Shown here piece after piece: positions 36,921-46,098 of a DNA stretch of 64,000 nt. Numbering within the stretch: the first letter of the stretch is position 1; each line of letters opens with the position of its first letter. The translations under genes and the position numbers were made by a program. The notes beneath the pieces were generated by a model. The model was given only the letters and a program-made list of their open reading frames with translations, did not search any database and was not told the origin of the DNA. Origin of the DNA: a virus; the IMG/VR virus record IMGVR_UViG_3300022752_000048, positions 1 through 64,000 of that record. One strand, written 5' to 3'.

Positions 36921-39900
36921 AGTAAGATATCCTCTGGTTTAGAAATACGTGGTACTTCAAAACTTCCGACTTTAATAACACCCTCATTTGCTATTGGCAG
37001 GGTGTATGTAATTTGGACGCTTTTAACACCAGGTACTTCTTGAATATGCTTTATAACTTGGCTAATTACAACTTCTTTACCAACGCCCAATGAGTTGATA
37101 TATGTTGTGATTGAAGATTTAATTGGATTTTTAATTGTATTTAGAGAAATACCATCACTCGACTCTACGGAAACGCCAATCTGAATGCTCTTAATCAGAG
37201 GTGCAAGAACTTCGATTGAGGTACCCGCAGCTCTAACACCGGGATAAGCAATAGTGTTGGAGGGCAAGCCATCAAGCACCTTGTGAGCTTCTGCAATTAA
37301 TTCAGAATAGTAATTATATGCATCAACCCCAACGGTTGTTGAAGAATCAAAATTAAGTTTATGCAAACATTTAATTTGAGTGTTAAAGGCCGGACTTAAT
37401 TTATACGCCGAAACTTGGGGCATTAAATATAATTCTGCATCGGTTTGAATTGTATTATGATGCGCATAACCAGATACCCATCTATAGCCTTTATAGGGAA
37501 CTGCTTCTTCAAAAGTAATTGCATTTTTTGAGTTTGCCAAAACAACTTGTTTTGAAACGCTTGTTGCATTAACAATATCGGCTTCAACAAAAATATCAAA
37601 TTCGCTGTTAACACCAATTTTAGTGATTGGCCATTTTCCGATTAAAGACGTATCAAACCAGGTTGTTGTACCGACATTTGGAGTTTTAACAATCAAATAA
37701 TCATTTTCAAATACAGAATCAATATCCCATATTCTCACATGGCGCTTGTCTTGTGTGTTAATTGTGTGTGTGTCCCCAATTGGCCCTACTTGCCAGTTTG
37801 AGCTTCCTATTGTGTTATCTGAATTAATAACATCTTCTTTGAAAGAAAGAACTTCTTCAACGGCTTCATCATTTTTAATAATGAATGCATTCTTACCATT
37901 ATGGGCAATAATTTTGAATCGACCGCGATTCGCAACCGCAAAGGCATCGGAAAATGAAATTAAATCATCAGAACTTACTGATAAGTCATGTAACTGCATA
38001 TCGTCATGTGAATCAAATGCAAAATCGACATAAACAAACCCGTTTCCTAACGGTTTAATTCGGTAATAAACTGACTCATCTGAAGATATCTTCCACGAAG
38101 AAAGATCTTTAGGCGCACCAGATTTATAGTTTGTTTTAACATTTTTCTCATTTTTAAGCATCGAAACAAACATAAATTCTGTTGTTTCGCGAATAATACC
38201 AATGCCATCTCTATTTGATTCGTTTTCCGTATCATTTAATCTGGCTGTTGTTACATAAATATTCGAAGCATCTTTGCCTATAATCCTAGATCTTGTGTTG
38301 TTTAAATCATTTGTGAACCCAGAAATAGTTACCGTATCGCCTACATAAAAATTGGCAATGTTAACCAACGGACCAATTTTTACAGAACCGGTATATATAC
38401 CAACACTTTGATAAATTGCAGACATTTCATTAGAATCTGTAGTTTTTCTAGCATAGACTGTTTCTGGAACAATGTTTGGAGCAATCACGTAAATAACTTT
38501 TTCGTCTTCAATATGAACAACTGGATAGCCAATATATTGATCTGTTAAGTCTTCTGTTGGCGTAACACATTGGTTGTTAACATTAAATAATGATGTGTAA
38601 TTAACGGGATATGGGGAAGATATATTTTTTGATCCTCTAAGGATCAACATATCTCCAACTTTTGTATTAAAGGTACCAGTTCCCGAAATGATTGCTATTT
38701 TTGCAATTGAACTTGTTGGTTTTGTGATTTCAACAGTTTCATCGCCAACTAATCCGCTAAGAGATTTTCTAAATACAAAACGGCCTTTATTTGGTGAAGG
38801 TCTTGTGTATGAAACAACAGTTGAGATTTTAAACCAGGTTTCAATATCAGATGAATTTGTTGCAGTAATTTTTGAATCTGTAGGCAATGCACTTGGTTGT
38901 GTACGATATGCTCTGTAAATGGGGGCGGTGATTGAGTTATATACTTCTACAAAAGATCCACGGGCAAATGACTGAGCTAGAGGAAAGTCTGTTCTGATTT
39001 TAACCGATGTACCTTGTTTAGAAGCAGCATTTTTTGCTTTTGCCGTTACTGTGTTTGCAGTTACACCGGTAATCTTAACAGCTCCAGCAGCTCCTAAGTG
39101 TAATGAATTTATTTGAATGTTTTTCTCATCGGTGATACGAGAAACCTCGGCTTGAATATTAAGCGGGCTGATGGCTGTGAATTTTAACCATTTTTCTAAA
39201 GCTTTTGCTGAAGCAGGAATCAAAACACATTCTTGGTCAGAATAAACAGAGCTAAATCCAGTATTTAAAATTTTTGATGATTCTGGCAACACGGAATCAT
39301 CGGACTGAACGAGAGCGATGATTTTATTATCAATTGGAGAATATGTATGAATATGCGCAACACAGCCAAAAGGTGCCCGCGCAGAATGATAATAATTACT
39401 TTCTGTAAGAGTTGTGAAATCGGTTCTCGGAACTATATTTCCGTGAGTGTGATACGTTGGAAATTTAATTGGAGAACCAGTATTAGTTGTTGGTGTAGCT
39501 TCAATTGTAAACACTGGATTATTTGTATAATATTCGCCAGCTTTAGCAATTACGTCTTGGATAGACTTTTGTAGTGTAGTGAACGACTGGATAGGAGCGT
39601 AATCGGAAATGTAACTAACTGGTGTATACGTAGTTTGGCGAACACCGGGAGCAGAAACAACAATTGTGTTAGGATCTGGAGTTTCGATAATTAAAAATGA
39701 GCCTGAATATGTTTGAGAACCGCCGATATTTAAAATATCGCCAATTAAGAACGCTCCAGATAGGTTAATAGAAAGAGCACTAATTGTCAGTTTAACAATT
39801 TCTGCGCCAGTAGGACTGGTGTAATCAGATGGCGTAATTGTATAAGAACCGGTATATTGGGTACCTAAAACAGTCGCACCTGAACAAAGAGTACAGTTTA

Positions 39901-42900
39901 CGACTAAAACAGAGCGATCTTCTTCTTGAAAAGATTCATGCGTGAATTGAATTTGCGACGAATTTGGATGTAATGGATAAGAAAAATTAAATCTAAAATC
40001 ATGCACTGGGCCATATTGAGTAGACCTAATAACTAATGCGTCTGATGGATTTCCACCGAACGGCAAAGTTGGATATATTGTATGAATAATTGTTGGTTTA
40101 AACAAAATATTAAAATCGGTAAAATCAAACGAACGATATGGGCTGTTAGGTTCAAAAAATGGACGTGGTTCATCCGTAATTAATTTATCTTCTGGATCTT
40201 TTAGCGTAAAAATAAGTTGATTTCCTGGCCCCGCTCCAAACGGCTGAACAACTTCGGTTAATGCCTTTTTATACATTGGTATATTAGTTGTTTTGTTAGT
40301 TGAGTCTAAATCCATTTGCACAACTAGACGATCAACTGGAGTTAATGGAATATCGTTTAGTCTTAAAGATAGATTTGACCTTGTTGCATTTGAGCCATAA
40401 ACGGTTTGAGGCAGAGGAGGAATTGTGTCTACTCCGCGTGCAAAACCACCAAATGGAGCAGTTGAATCGTTATTATAAATACGAGAAATAATATTCTCAT
40501 TGCGACCAGTGATAAAAGCTTCTTGTAAACCTTTTGGATAATGAATGATATTTGCAGATGCGACAATTGCTGGATCTGCAACATCGTTTAAAACTTCAGT
40601 TTCCGTTGTTAGAAAACCTAAATAACCACGAGTGTTGTAAAAATCTTTTGGTAAAGTAGGATCACCGGTATTAGTAATATACGGAGCGCCGCTTCCAACA
40701 AAACCACTTTTCTTTGCAGCGATATGCGGCTGAATACTATCAGCAATCATTTGACTGAATAAATTTGTAGCCGATGAAATAGAAGCTAAAATGGCTATTG
40801 TAGATTTGTTTTGATCAAAATTATTTGATCTAATAGCAATTTGTCGAGGAGATAGTTTATATGCAGTTGCACCGATTAATTGTTTGTTAATTTCTGTTAC
40901 AAGAACATCAGCTGTTTGATAATCCGAAACTGGAATGTTTATGATTTGAGGAACAGCATTGTCTATTTTAAATGCAGAAAGCATCCCAGAAGTTAAGTCA
41001 AAAGATGATGGAGTCAAAGGAGCATATCCATCAATTGTGGTGTCACCAGAACCAGAAGAAGCGACAGCAGATACTGGAAGATCTACATAGAATGTGTCCG
41101 TGGTTGGCGCGGGGGACGATTTAACAACGGCTGTAACTGGGAATGATAATCCTGGGAAAATAGATTGTGTTAACGCACTTGCGCCTGTAATTTGAAATGA
41201 ATCTAGTTGTAAAAATCCATGATTTGGAAGAATCACTTTGATTGTCGGAGAACCAAGGGTCGATTCAATTAAAGTCTCGGAGAAAATACCAAAGAAAGCT
41301 TCTCGTTCAACTTTTGAAGTTTCAATATCAATAAATGTATCTTTAGAAACAGAAAAGTTAATAGTATTAGGAGCAAAAACTGCGGTAACACCAGCAATTT
41401 GTTTTTTGAATTTAAAAACAGTACTGCTATCTACAGCAGAAACTACATGGGTTCCAATAATTGCTGAATCTAAAAAGCTTGTACCAACAGCTAGGCTGGC
41501 TGCTGTAATTTCGAACGACTGCCCTACAACAAATTTATGATCTTCTGTTGTAGTGACCGTAAATGTTACATTGCCATTTACGTCAGTGGTTGAATATTGA
41601 GTTGGCACTAAGTTAAAATTTTGATCTGCGCTTCTTGTGCAAAGTCCTTTTTTCAGAACTTTCATTACACTATTAGTACGACCGGGTAGTCTATTTGCTA
41701 CGGCGGAGTCACTATTTAAATAAATATAATCACCTAATTCGATACTAGAATATAACGCTATATCAGAACTGTGTAGTCTAACTACTGTAGAATTAGGCGA
41801 TACGATTTCTGGAGTAAGAGAGCTAGCACCTGTAAGTCCAAGTGTTCTTAATTCAAATTGTCCGTCGACACCAACAATAATTCTTGGAGTGCCAAGATTT
41901 GTGTTACCTGCCGAAAATAAACCGCTCGGTGCTGACTTTGATTGAATTTCTGCACGAGTAAATTTTGATGAAACGGTAATATTATCATTTAGTTGTGGCT
42001 CGTTAAGAAGTTTAATTTCGCCGCTGATTCTGTTAATTTCAAAATCCGGTGTTGCACCAACGCTTTCTAATACGTGTGAAGATTTAAATATTTTATTTAC
42101 GCCAATCCACGTTGCTGGTGCGCCTGTGGAAGTTGTCGATTCGATTTTAATTGAACCAAAAGGGCTCAACGATTGCCATGAAGCAAAGGCGAGTTTAGAA
42201 CCAACTTGATAAACATTAACACCCGCAACTTTTTTCTTAAATACTGTGATCCAATCGGTTAACTGCGCAGATGCAACGGTGCGACCAAGAGCAAGCATAT
42301 CATTATTATCGATAGTGAATGTTTGGGTTACACCATCAACTGTCATTCTGACATTCTGTAAATCTAAATCAGTTAGCGACAGCCAAGGAAAATCTGCTGA
42401 GTAAACTACTGCAGATAAACCTTTGAATGACAAAAGCTTATTATTTTTGTAAACGTAAATTGGTCTAATCTGATGAGTGGGAAGTCCTAAAATAGCTTGA
42501 AGTTTACTCGGTAAAATCTGTAAAGTTTCTGCACGACCAGAAATATCAAATACAGAAAACGTAGTTCCGTCGTTAGCAGTTCTGAATCCTAATGCTGAAG
42601 AGCCACTAAGAATAACGCCGTTAAAAGCTCGCACGATTTCGGATGGTGAAACTGAAGAGAGGTTTGTATATTCGGATTGATTAATTTCAAATCGAGTAGG
42701 CACACCATCAAGAATGATGTCCAAATACATGCCATCTTGCAATACATATGGAGCAGGCTCAACTCCAACAGCAACACAGGGTGTGATTGGTTTATTAGAA
42801 GTTTTTAAGAAGATTTCTTGCCCACTAGAATTCACCAACAACTGTTCAAAATCTTGCCCTTTATACGAGGGCTCTAATCCTGAACCATCATCAATATAAA

Positions 42901-43888
42901 TTTTCGTCGAATCAATTCTATTTGTAGGTTCGACAATATTTAGCGATGTGATAGTTTTGCCGCTAATGGGATCTCGTAGTCCTTGTAAAGAACTCGAAAT
43001 GGATTGTTTTGTACCTCGGCTGAGTGACGCAATATAGTTTGCAATACGAAGCCTTAAAGCTTCGTCACCTTCTGCGCTAGCACCATTTGTGATTGAAGAT
43101 GGGTTAGTAACAATTGCGCCAGTAAATGGTGGCGTTAAAAATTGTTTAATTGCCCCAACTGACGCATTTCCAGTTTCGCCAAATGAGCTACAAGAGACAG
43201 ACACTGTGATAGTGTCTTCACCATCGGGGAGAGTGAAAGTTCCATCTACAGTATATTGAACGGGCACATTACCGCTAGATCCTGGCGCAACGACTACCGT
43301 CCCTGCAGAAATTTGCCTTGTACCACCCTGCGACAAAATAGCTGTTTCGCCATATGCGTGGTTATTGACCAAAGGGGTTGACGTATTTAAATTTAAAGTC
43401 CAATAAGTATTGTTATTTTCAATACTTGTATATTGAATCGGCCCTTCTTCATTTGCGGTTCCGCGACCTAAATAAAATGCACCTGCAGATGGCCATCCAA
43501 TACAGTCTTGCAGATAAACTTTAATACTGCCAGCATATGGTGTTGGTTTACCGATATATACCAAAGTGGATTTTTTAGTGAATGGAGAAGAAATACGTAC
43601 TTGACCATTAGCTCTTTTTGCAGGAAATCGACCGAATCCGCCAACTCCATTAGGGATTTGCGCCTCGATAGCTTTTTCATCTAGCTCACTACCGACCAAA
43701 GTCTGTAAATTTGAGCTTTCCAATACCTTAAGAACACCAATTTGATTTTGATAATCTTGTAACGCAGCAGCTTCAAGGATTGTGGAGGTGATACTACCTT
43801 CGCTGACATCTGTAATGTCAGTATTGGCAGTTAGCTTTCTGATCATGTCAGCTAAAATCGATTGAACGCTTTTAACTGTAATTGCCAT
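36917..43888 (-). CDS. Giant baseplate J/gp6-like wedge protein (~2320 aa)
   Basis: N-terminal DVSEGSITSTILEA...G..GN...NGASAEGDEALRLRI...SRGTK and C-terminal RAAGTSIEV...YINSLGVG.EV..SQVI..IQEVPGV are baseplate-J halves. Start taken at the ATG of MAITVKS. Confidence 0.85.
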   Translation of the reverse strand: MAITVKSVQSILADMIRKLTANTDITDVSEGSITSTILEAAALQDYQNQIGVLKVLESSNLQTLVGSELDEKAIEAQIPNGVGGFGRFPAKRANGQVRISSPFTKKSTLVYIGKPTPYAGSIKVYLQDCIGWPSAGAFYLGRGTANEEGPIQYTSIENNNTYWTLNLNTSTPLVNNHAYGETAILSQGGTRQISAGTVVVAPGSSGNVPVQYTVDGTFTLPDGEDTITVSVSCSSFGETGNASVGAIKQFLTPPFTGAIVTNPSSITNGASAEGDEALRLRIANYIASLSRGTKQSISSSLQGLRDPISGKTITSLNIVEPTNRIDSTKIYIDDGSGLEPSYKGQDFEQLLVNSSGQEIFLKTSNKPITPCVAVGVEPAPYVLQDGMYLDIILDGVPTRFEINQSEYTNLSSVSPSEIVRAFNGVILSGSSALGFRTANDGTTFSVFDISGRAETLQILPSKLQAILGLPTHQIRPIYVYKNNKLLSFKGLSAVVYSADFPWLSLTDLDLQNVRMTVDGVTQTFTIDNNDMLALGRTVASAQLTDWITVFKKKVAGVNVYQVGSKLAFASWQSLSPFGSIKIESTTSTGAPATWIGVNKIFKSSHVLESVGATPDFEINRISGEIKLLNEPQLNDNITVSSKFTRAEIQSKSAPSGLFSAGNTNLGTPRIIVGVDGQFELRTLGLTGASSLTPEIVSPNSTVVRLHSSDIALYSSIELGDYIYLNSDSAVANRLPGRTNSVMKVLKKGLCTRSADQNFNLVPTQYSTTDVNGNVTFTVTTTEDHKFVVGQSFEITAASLAVGTSFLDSAIIGTHVVSAVDSSTVFKFKKQIAGVTAVFAPNTINFSVSKDTFIDIETSKVEREAFFGIFSETLIESTLGSPTIKVILPNHGFLQLDSFQITGASALTQSIFPGLSFPVTAVVKSSPAPTTDTFYVDLPVSAVASSGSGDTTIDGYAPLTPSSFDLTSGMLSAFKIDNAVPQIINIPVSDYQTADVLVTEINKQLIGATAYKLSPRQIAIRSNNFDQNKSTIAILASISSATNLFSQMIADSIQPHIAAKKSGFVGSGAPYITNTGDPTLPKDFYNTRGYLGFLTTETEVLNDVADPAIVASANIIHYPKGLQEAFITGRNENIISRIYNNDSTAPFGGFARGVDTIPPLPQTVYGSNATRSNLSLRLNDIPLTPVDRLVVQMDLDSTNKTTNIPMYKKALTEVVQPFGAGPGNQLIFTLKDPEDKLITDEPRPFFEPNSPYRSFDFTDFNILFKPTIIHTIYPTLPFGGNPSDALVIRSTQYGPVHDFRFNFSYPLHPNSSQIQFTHESFQEEDRSVLVVNCTLCSGATVLGTQYTGSYTITPSDYTSPTGAEIVKLTISALSINLSGAFLIGDILNIGGSQTYSGSFLIIETPDPNTIVVSAPGVRQTTYTPVSYISDYAPIQSFTTLQKSIQDVIAKAGEYYTNNPVFTIEATPTTNTGSPIKFPTYHTHGNIVPRTDFTTLTESNYYHSARAPFGCVAHIHTYSPIDNKIIALVQSDDSVLPESSKILNTGFSSVYSDQECVLIPASAKALEKWLKFTAISPLNIQAEVSRITDEKNIQINSLHLGAAGAVKITGVTANTVTAKAKNAASKQGTSVKIRTDFPLAQSFARGSFVEVYNSITAPIYRAYRTQPSALPTDSKITATNSSDIETWFKISTVVSYTRPSPNKGRFVFRKSLSGLVGDETVEITKPTSSIAKIAIISGTGTFNTKVGDMLILRGSKNISSPYPVNYTSLFNVNNQCVTPTEDLTDQYIGYPVVHIEDEKVIYVIAPNIVPETVYARKTTDSNEMSAIYQSVGIYTGSVKIGPLVNIANFYVGDTVTISGFTNDLNNTRSRIIGKDASNIYVTTARLNDTENESNRDGIGIIRETTEFMFVSMLKNEKNVKTNYKSGAPKDLSSWKISSDESVYYRIKPLGNGFVYVDFAFDSHDDMQLHDLSVSSDDLISFSDAFAVANRGRFKIIAHNGKNAFIIKNDEAVEEVLSFKEDVINSDNTIGSSNWQVGPIGDTHTINTQDKRHVRIWDIDSVFENDYLIVKTPNVGTTTWFDTSLIGKWPITKIGVNSEFDIFVEADIVNATSVSKQVVLANSKNAITFEEAVPYKGYRWVSGYAHHNTIQTDAELYLMPQVSAYKLSPAFNTQIKCLHKLNFDSSTTVGVDAYNYYSELIAEAHKVLDGLPSNTIAYPGVRAAGTSIEVLAPLIKSIQIGVSVESSDGISLNTIKNPIKSSITTYINSLGVGKEVVISQVIKHIQEVPGVKSVQITYTLPIANEGVIKVGSFEVPRISKPEDILL

Positions 43889-43900
43889 TATCAATCTCCA

Positions 43901-45451
43901 TCAAATCACAAAGGCTAATGGTATCAACTGACTAGATCCAGCTATTGTAACAAGAACAGTCATGCCGATTTTGTTATCCGCCGATATTTGTATATCCTTT
44001 AGTGTAACAGATGTAAAACGTAAATCTCGTTTTAAAGTTTGCTCTATTACAGATGCTATTTTCGTAGAAGTTGTCGATCCTTGCAAGGCAAAACCAATGT
44101 TATTTGCCAGACCATATTGCTGATGTAGAGGTAATTGTCCATGCTCTGTTTTTAGGGCAGAAATAATTGTTTGCCTTAAATTATTTATTCCAAATTGATA
44201 CTTTAAATCACCGTCTGTACCAAGCAGCAGATCGCCAGATATATCATCTACAGCAATGTCTACTCCGAAAGAAAGCAAGGCTTTATCGAGCCTTTTGAGT
44301 TCACCTTCAGAGGGCTCCGGAATGTTTGTGTTCGCTGCCGTAAGCGATAGAGGAATTTTTACTAGAGAAAAGTCGGAAAGAGTTTCTGGCGCATAAACTC
44401 TTATATATGCGACGTGACTAGTTAAAAGTTTTGAAAGATCTTGTTTTCCACTAAGATGTACTGTGGCAGAGCCATCGCGGTTGTCATTTACTCGCTCTAC
44501 TTTTCTAACTTCTTCGGGTACTAAACGACTACCAATTTTGATAGAAGAGTTGATTCGGAATTTGTCTTGTTGAGAAATTGGAACCCTTACAGTCGAAGCG
44601 CTGCCGCTTTCTAACAAAAGAATTTTTTCACCATAAAGATCAACATAAGGTGCTTTCAAATTATTGACAGTGACTAGTTCGTACCATCTATCTGAACTGC
44701 CAAGATAATCTTGGGCCATTTGCTGCAAACTTTTTTCAAACGGAACTACTCGATAACTGCGATAAATATCTAAAACCCTAACTTCTGAGCCACCTTCGAT
44801 CAATTTTGAATTAGCAAACGATAAAAGGTTCGGGGCGATATTTTTTTTGTATTTGAACTGTAAAATTATTCCTTCGATATATTTTTCTAACTCTATAGTA
44901 TTATTCAAAAAAACTAAGTCAGAAATAAAATAATCTCGTTGTTTTGGAGAGCTTTTTCGCCCTCTAAGACTATCATAATATGGATCGCCGAGTCCAATAA
45001 AGTCAAAAGCAATTTCTCTTTGGCTCTTCAAAAACCGAAGCATAGCTTTGAAATTTTCAACGTCAAACTGGGCAACTCGTTGTTTTTCTTCTTTTATATA
45101 TTGAGTTTCGGGATCAGTCAGGTCCAGTGAATTAGCTTCAATTAGCTCAAGAAGCTCTGACATTTCTGCAAAAATATTCAAATCTGTAAACGGGTTTACG
45201 TCGGCTCCATTTTGGTAACTTTCAACGTAGTCATGAAACTCGAGAATCTTTCTAGTTAAAAATTCGTCCCCGTTTGCGTACTTTTCAAAACTCTGAGCAA
45301 TAGCACTCGCGTTCTTAACAAACCAGGGCCATCTATCTGCTGTGAGTTTGGGGAGAAGATTTAATGTTATCTTTCCCCCATCCCTCTCCCGTAGATAAAG
45401 TGACAAGTCTATTTGTATAGAGAATCTGTCTGTGTATTGTTTTTGCGCCAT
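43901..45451 (-). CDS. Baseplate protein with LysM-like and gp25-like domains
   Basis: SLQQMAQDYLGSSDRWYELVTVNNLKAPY (LysM/tail-X-like) and FGVDI...GDL...GINNLRQTI..ALKTEHGQLPLHQQYG (gp25-like). Confidence 0.7.
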   Translation of the reverse strand: MAQKQYTDRFSIQIDLSLYLRERDGGKITLNLLPKLTADRWPWFVKNASAIAQSFEKYANGDEFLTRKILEFHDYVESYQNGADVNPFTDLNIFAEMSELLELIEANSLDLTDPETQYIKEEKQRVAQFDVENFKAMLRFLKSQREIAFDFIGLGDPYYDSLRGRKSSPKQRDYFISDLVFLNNTIELEKYIEGIILQFKYKKNIAPNLLSFANSKLIEGGSEVRVLDIYRSYRVVPFEKSLQQMAQDYLGSSDRWYELVTVNNLKAPYVDLYGEKILLLESGSASTVRVPISQQDKFRINSSIKIGSRLVPEEVRKVERVNDNRDGSATVHLSGKQDLSKLLTSHVAYIRVYAPETLSDFSLVKIPLSLTAANTNIPEPSEGELKRLDKALLSFGVDIAVDDISGDLLLGTDGDLKYQFGINNLRQTIISALKTEHGQLPLHQQYGLANNIGFALQGSTTSTKIASVIEQTLKRDLRFTSVTLKDIQISADNKIGMTVLVTIAGSSQLIPLAFVI

Positions 45452-45576
45452 GAGTTTCCCCTTCCTATAATATTACCCCATATTTATATAAAGCCAACTG
45501 TCGGACAATACCAATAAAATAAAATAATAAGTCAGCAATTAACTCAAGTGTTAGTATCCAACCACTGGAGGCTCTA

Positions 45577-45840
45577 ATGAAAAATTTAAACGGAGAGCTA
45601 ATATCTTTTCTACAAAAAATCACTGAAGAGGAAGACTTAATGGAGATAAGCCACCAGCTTCTAGCAAGAAACTACCGGTCAATGCGGCTAATCGAGAACA
45701 CCCAATCAAAGACAAACTTTTATAATACCGATTTTTTATTCAATAATCAGCAGTACAAATTAGTGGTAACCAGAAAACTGCCGTTATTTCATAATTCCGA
45801 AGACGAAACTGAAGAAGAGCAAGAAGAGTACGAAGAATGA
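45577..45840 (+). CDS. Hypothetical protein
   Basis: GGAGG SD, acidic tail; first gene of the divergent + strand unit. Confidence 0.6.
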   Translation: MKNLNGELISFLQKITEEEDLMEISHQLLARNYRSMRLIENTQSKTNFYNTDFLFNNQQYKLVVTRKLPLFHNSEDETEEEQEEYEE

Positions 45841-46097
45841 TATACCTCTATGAATTAGTAAATCCTTTATATCGCGACATTTCTATCGAAGATCACGGTC
45901 ACCCGTTTTTTATTATAGATCGTGATCTTCATAAAACAGAAGACTTAAAACATCCAACAGCACCACAAATCAAATTTCAGCGACTAATATCGAAATTTAA
46001 TACTATAGATGAATTAGCCGATTATGTTATTTCTTGGGATCAAAATATCGAACCGTATAAAACTGCATTGTTAAACCAATTAACAAAAGAAGTATAA
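45837..46097 (+). CDS. Hypothetical protein
   Basis: ATGA overlap with the previous gene; ends 1 nt before the polymerase start. Confidence 0.55.
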   Translation: MIYLYELVNPLYRDISIEDHGHPFFIIDRDLHKTEDLKHPTAPQIKFQRLISKFNTIDELADYVISWDQNIEPYKTALLNQLTKEV

Positions 46098-46098
46098 A

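Noticed and set aside
7149-43680. Many + strand and nested ORFs (e.g. 7668..8300, 27528..28232)
   Set aside because: Stop-poor reverse or alternate frames of Ser/Thr/Gly-rich structural genes.
1-45451. Bacterial eCIS or tailocin locus
   Set aside because: Linked DnaE, gp32-like SSB, UvsX/UvsY-like, SbcC-like, lysis and DNA-modification genes indicate a replicating phage.
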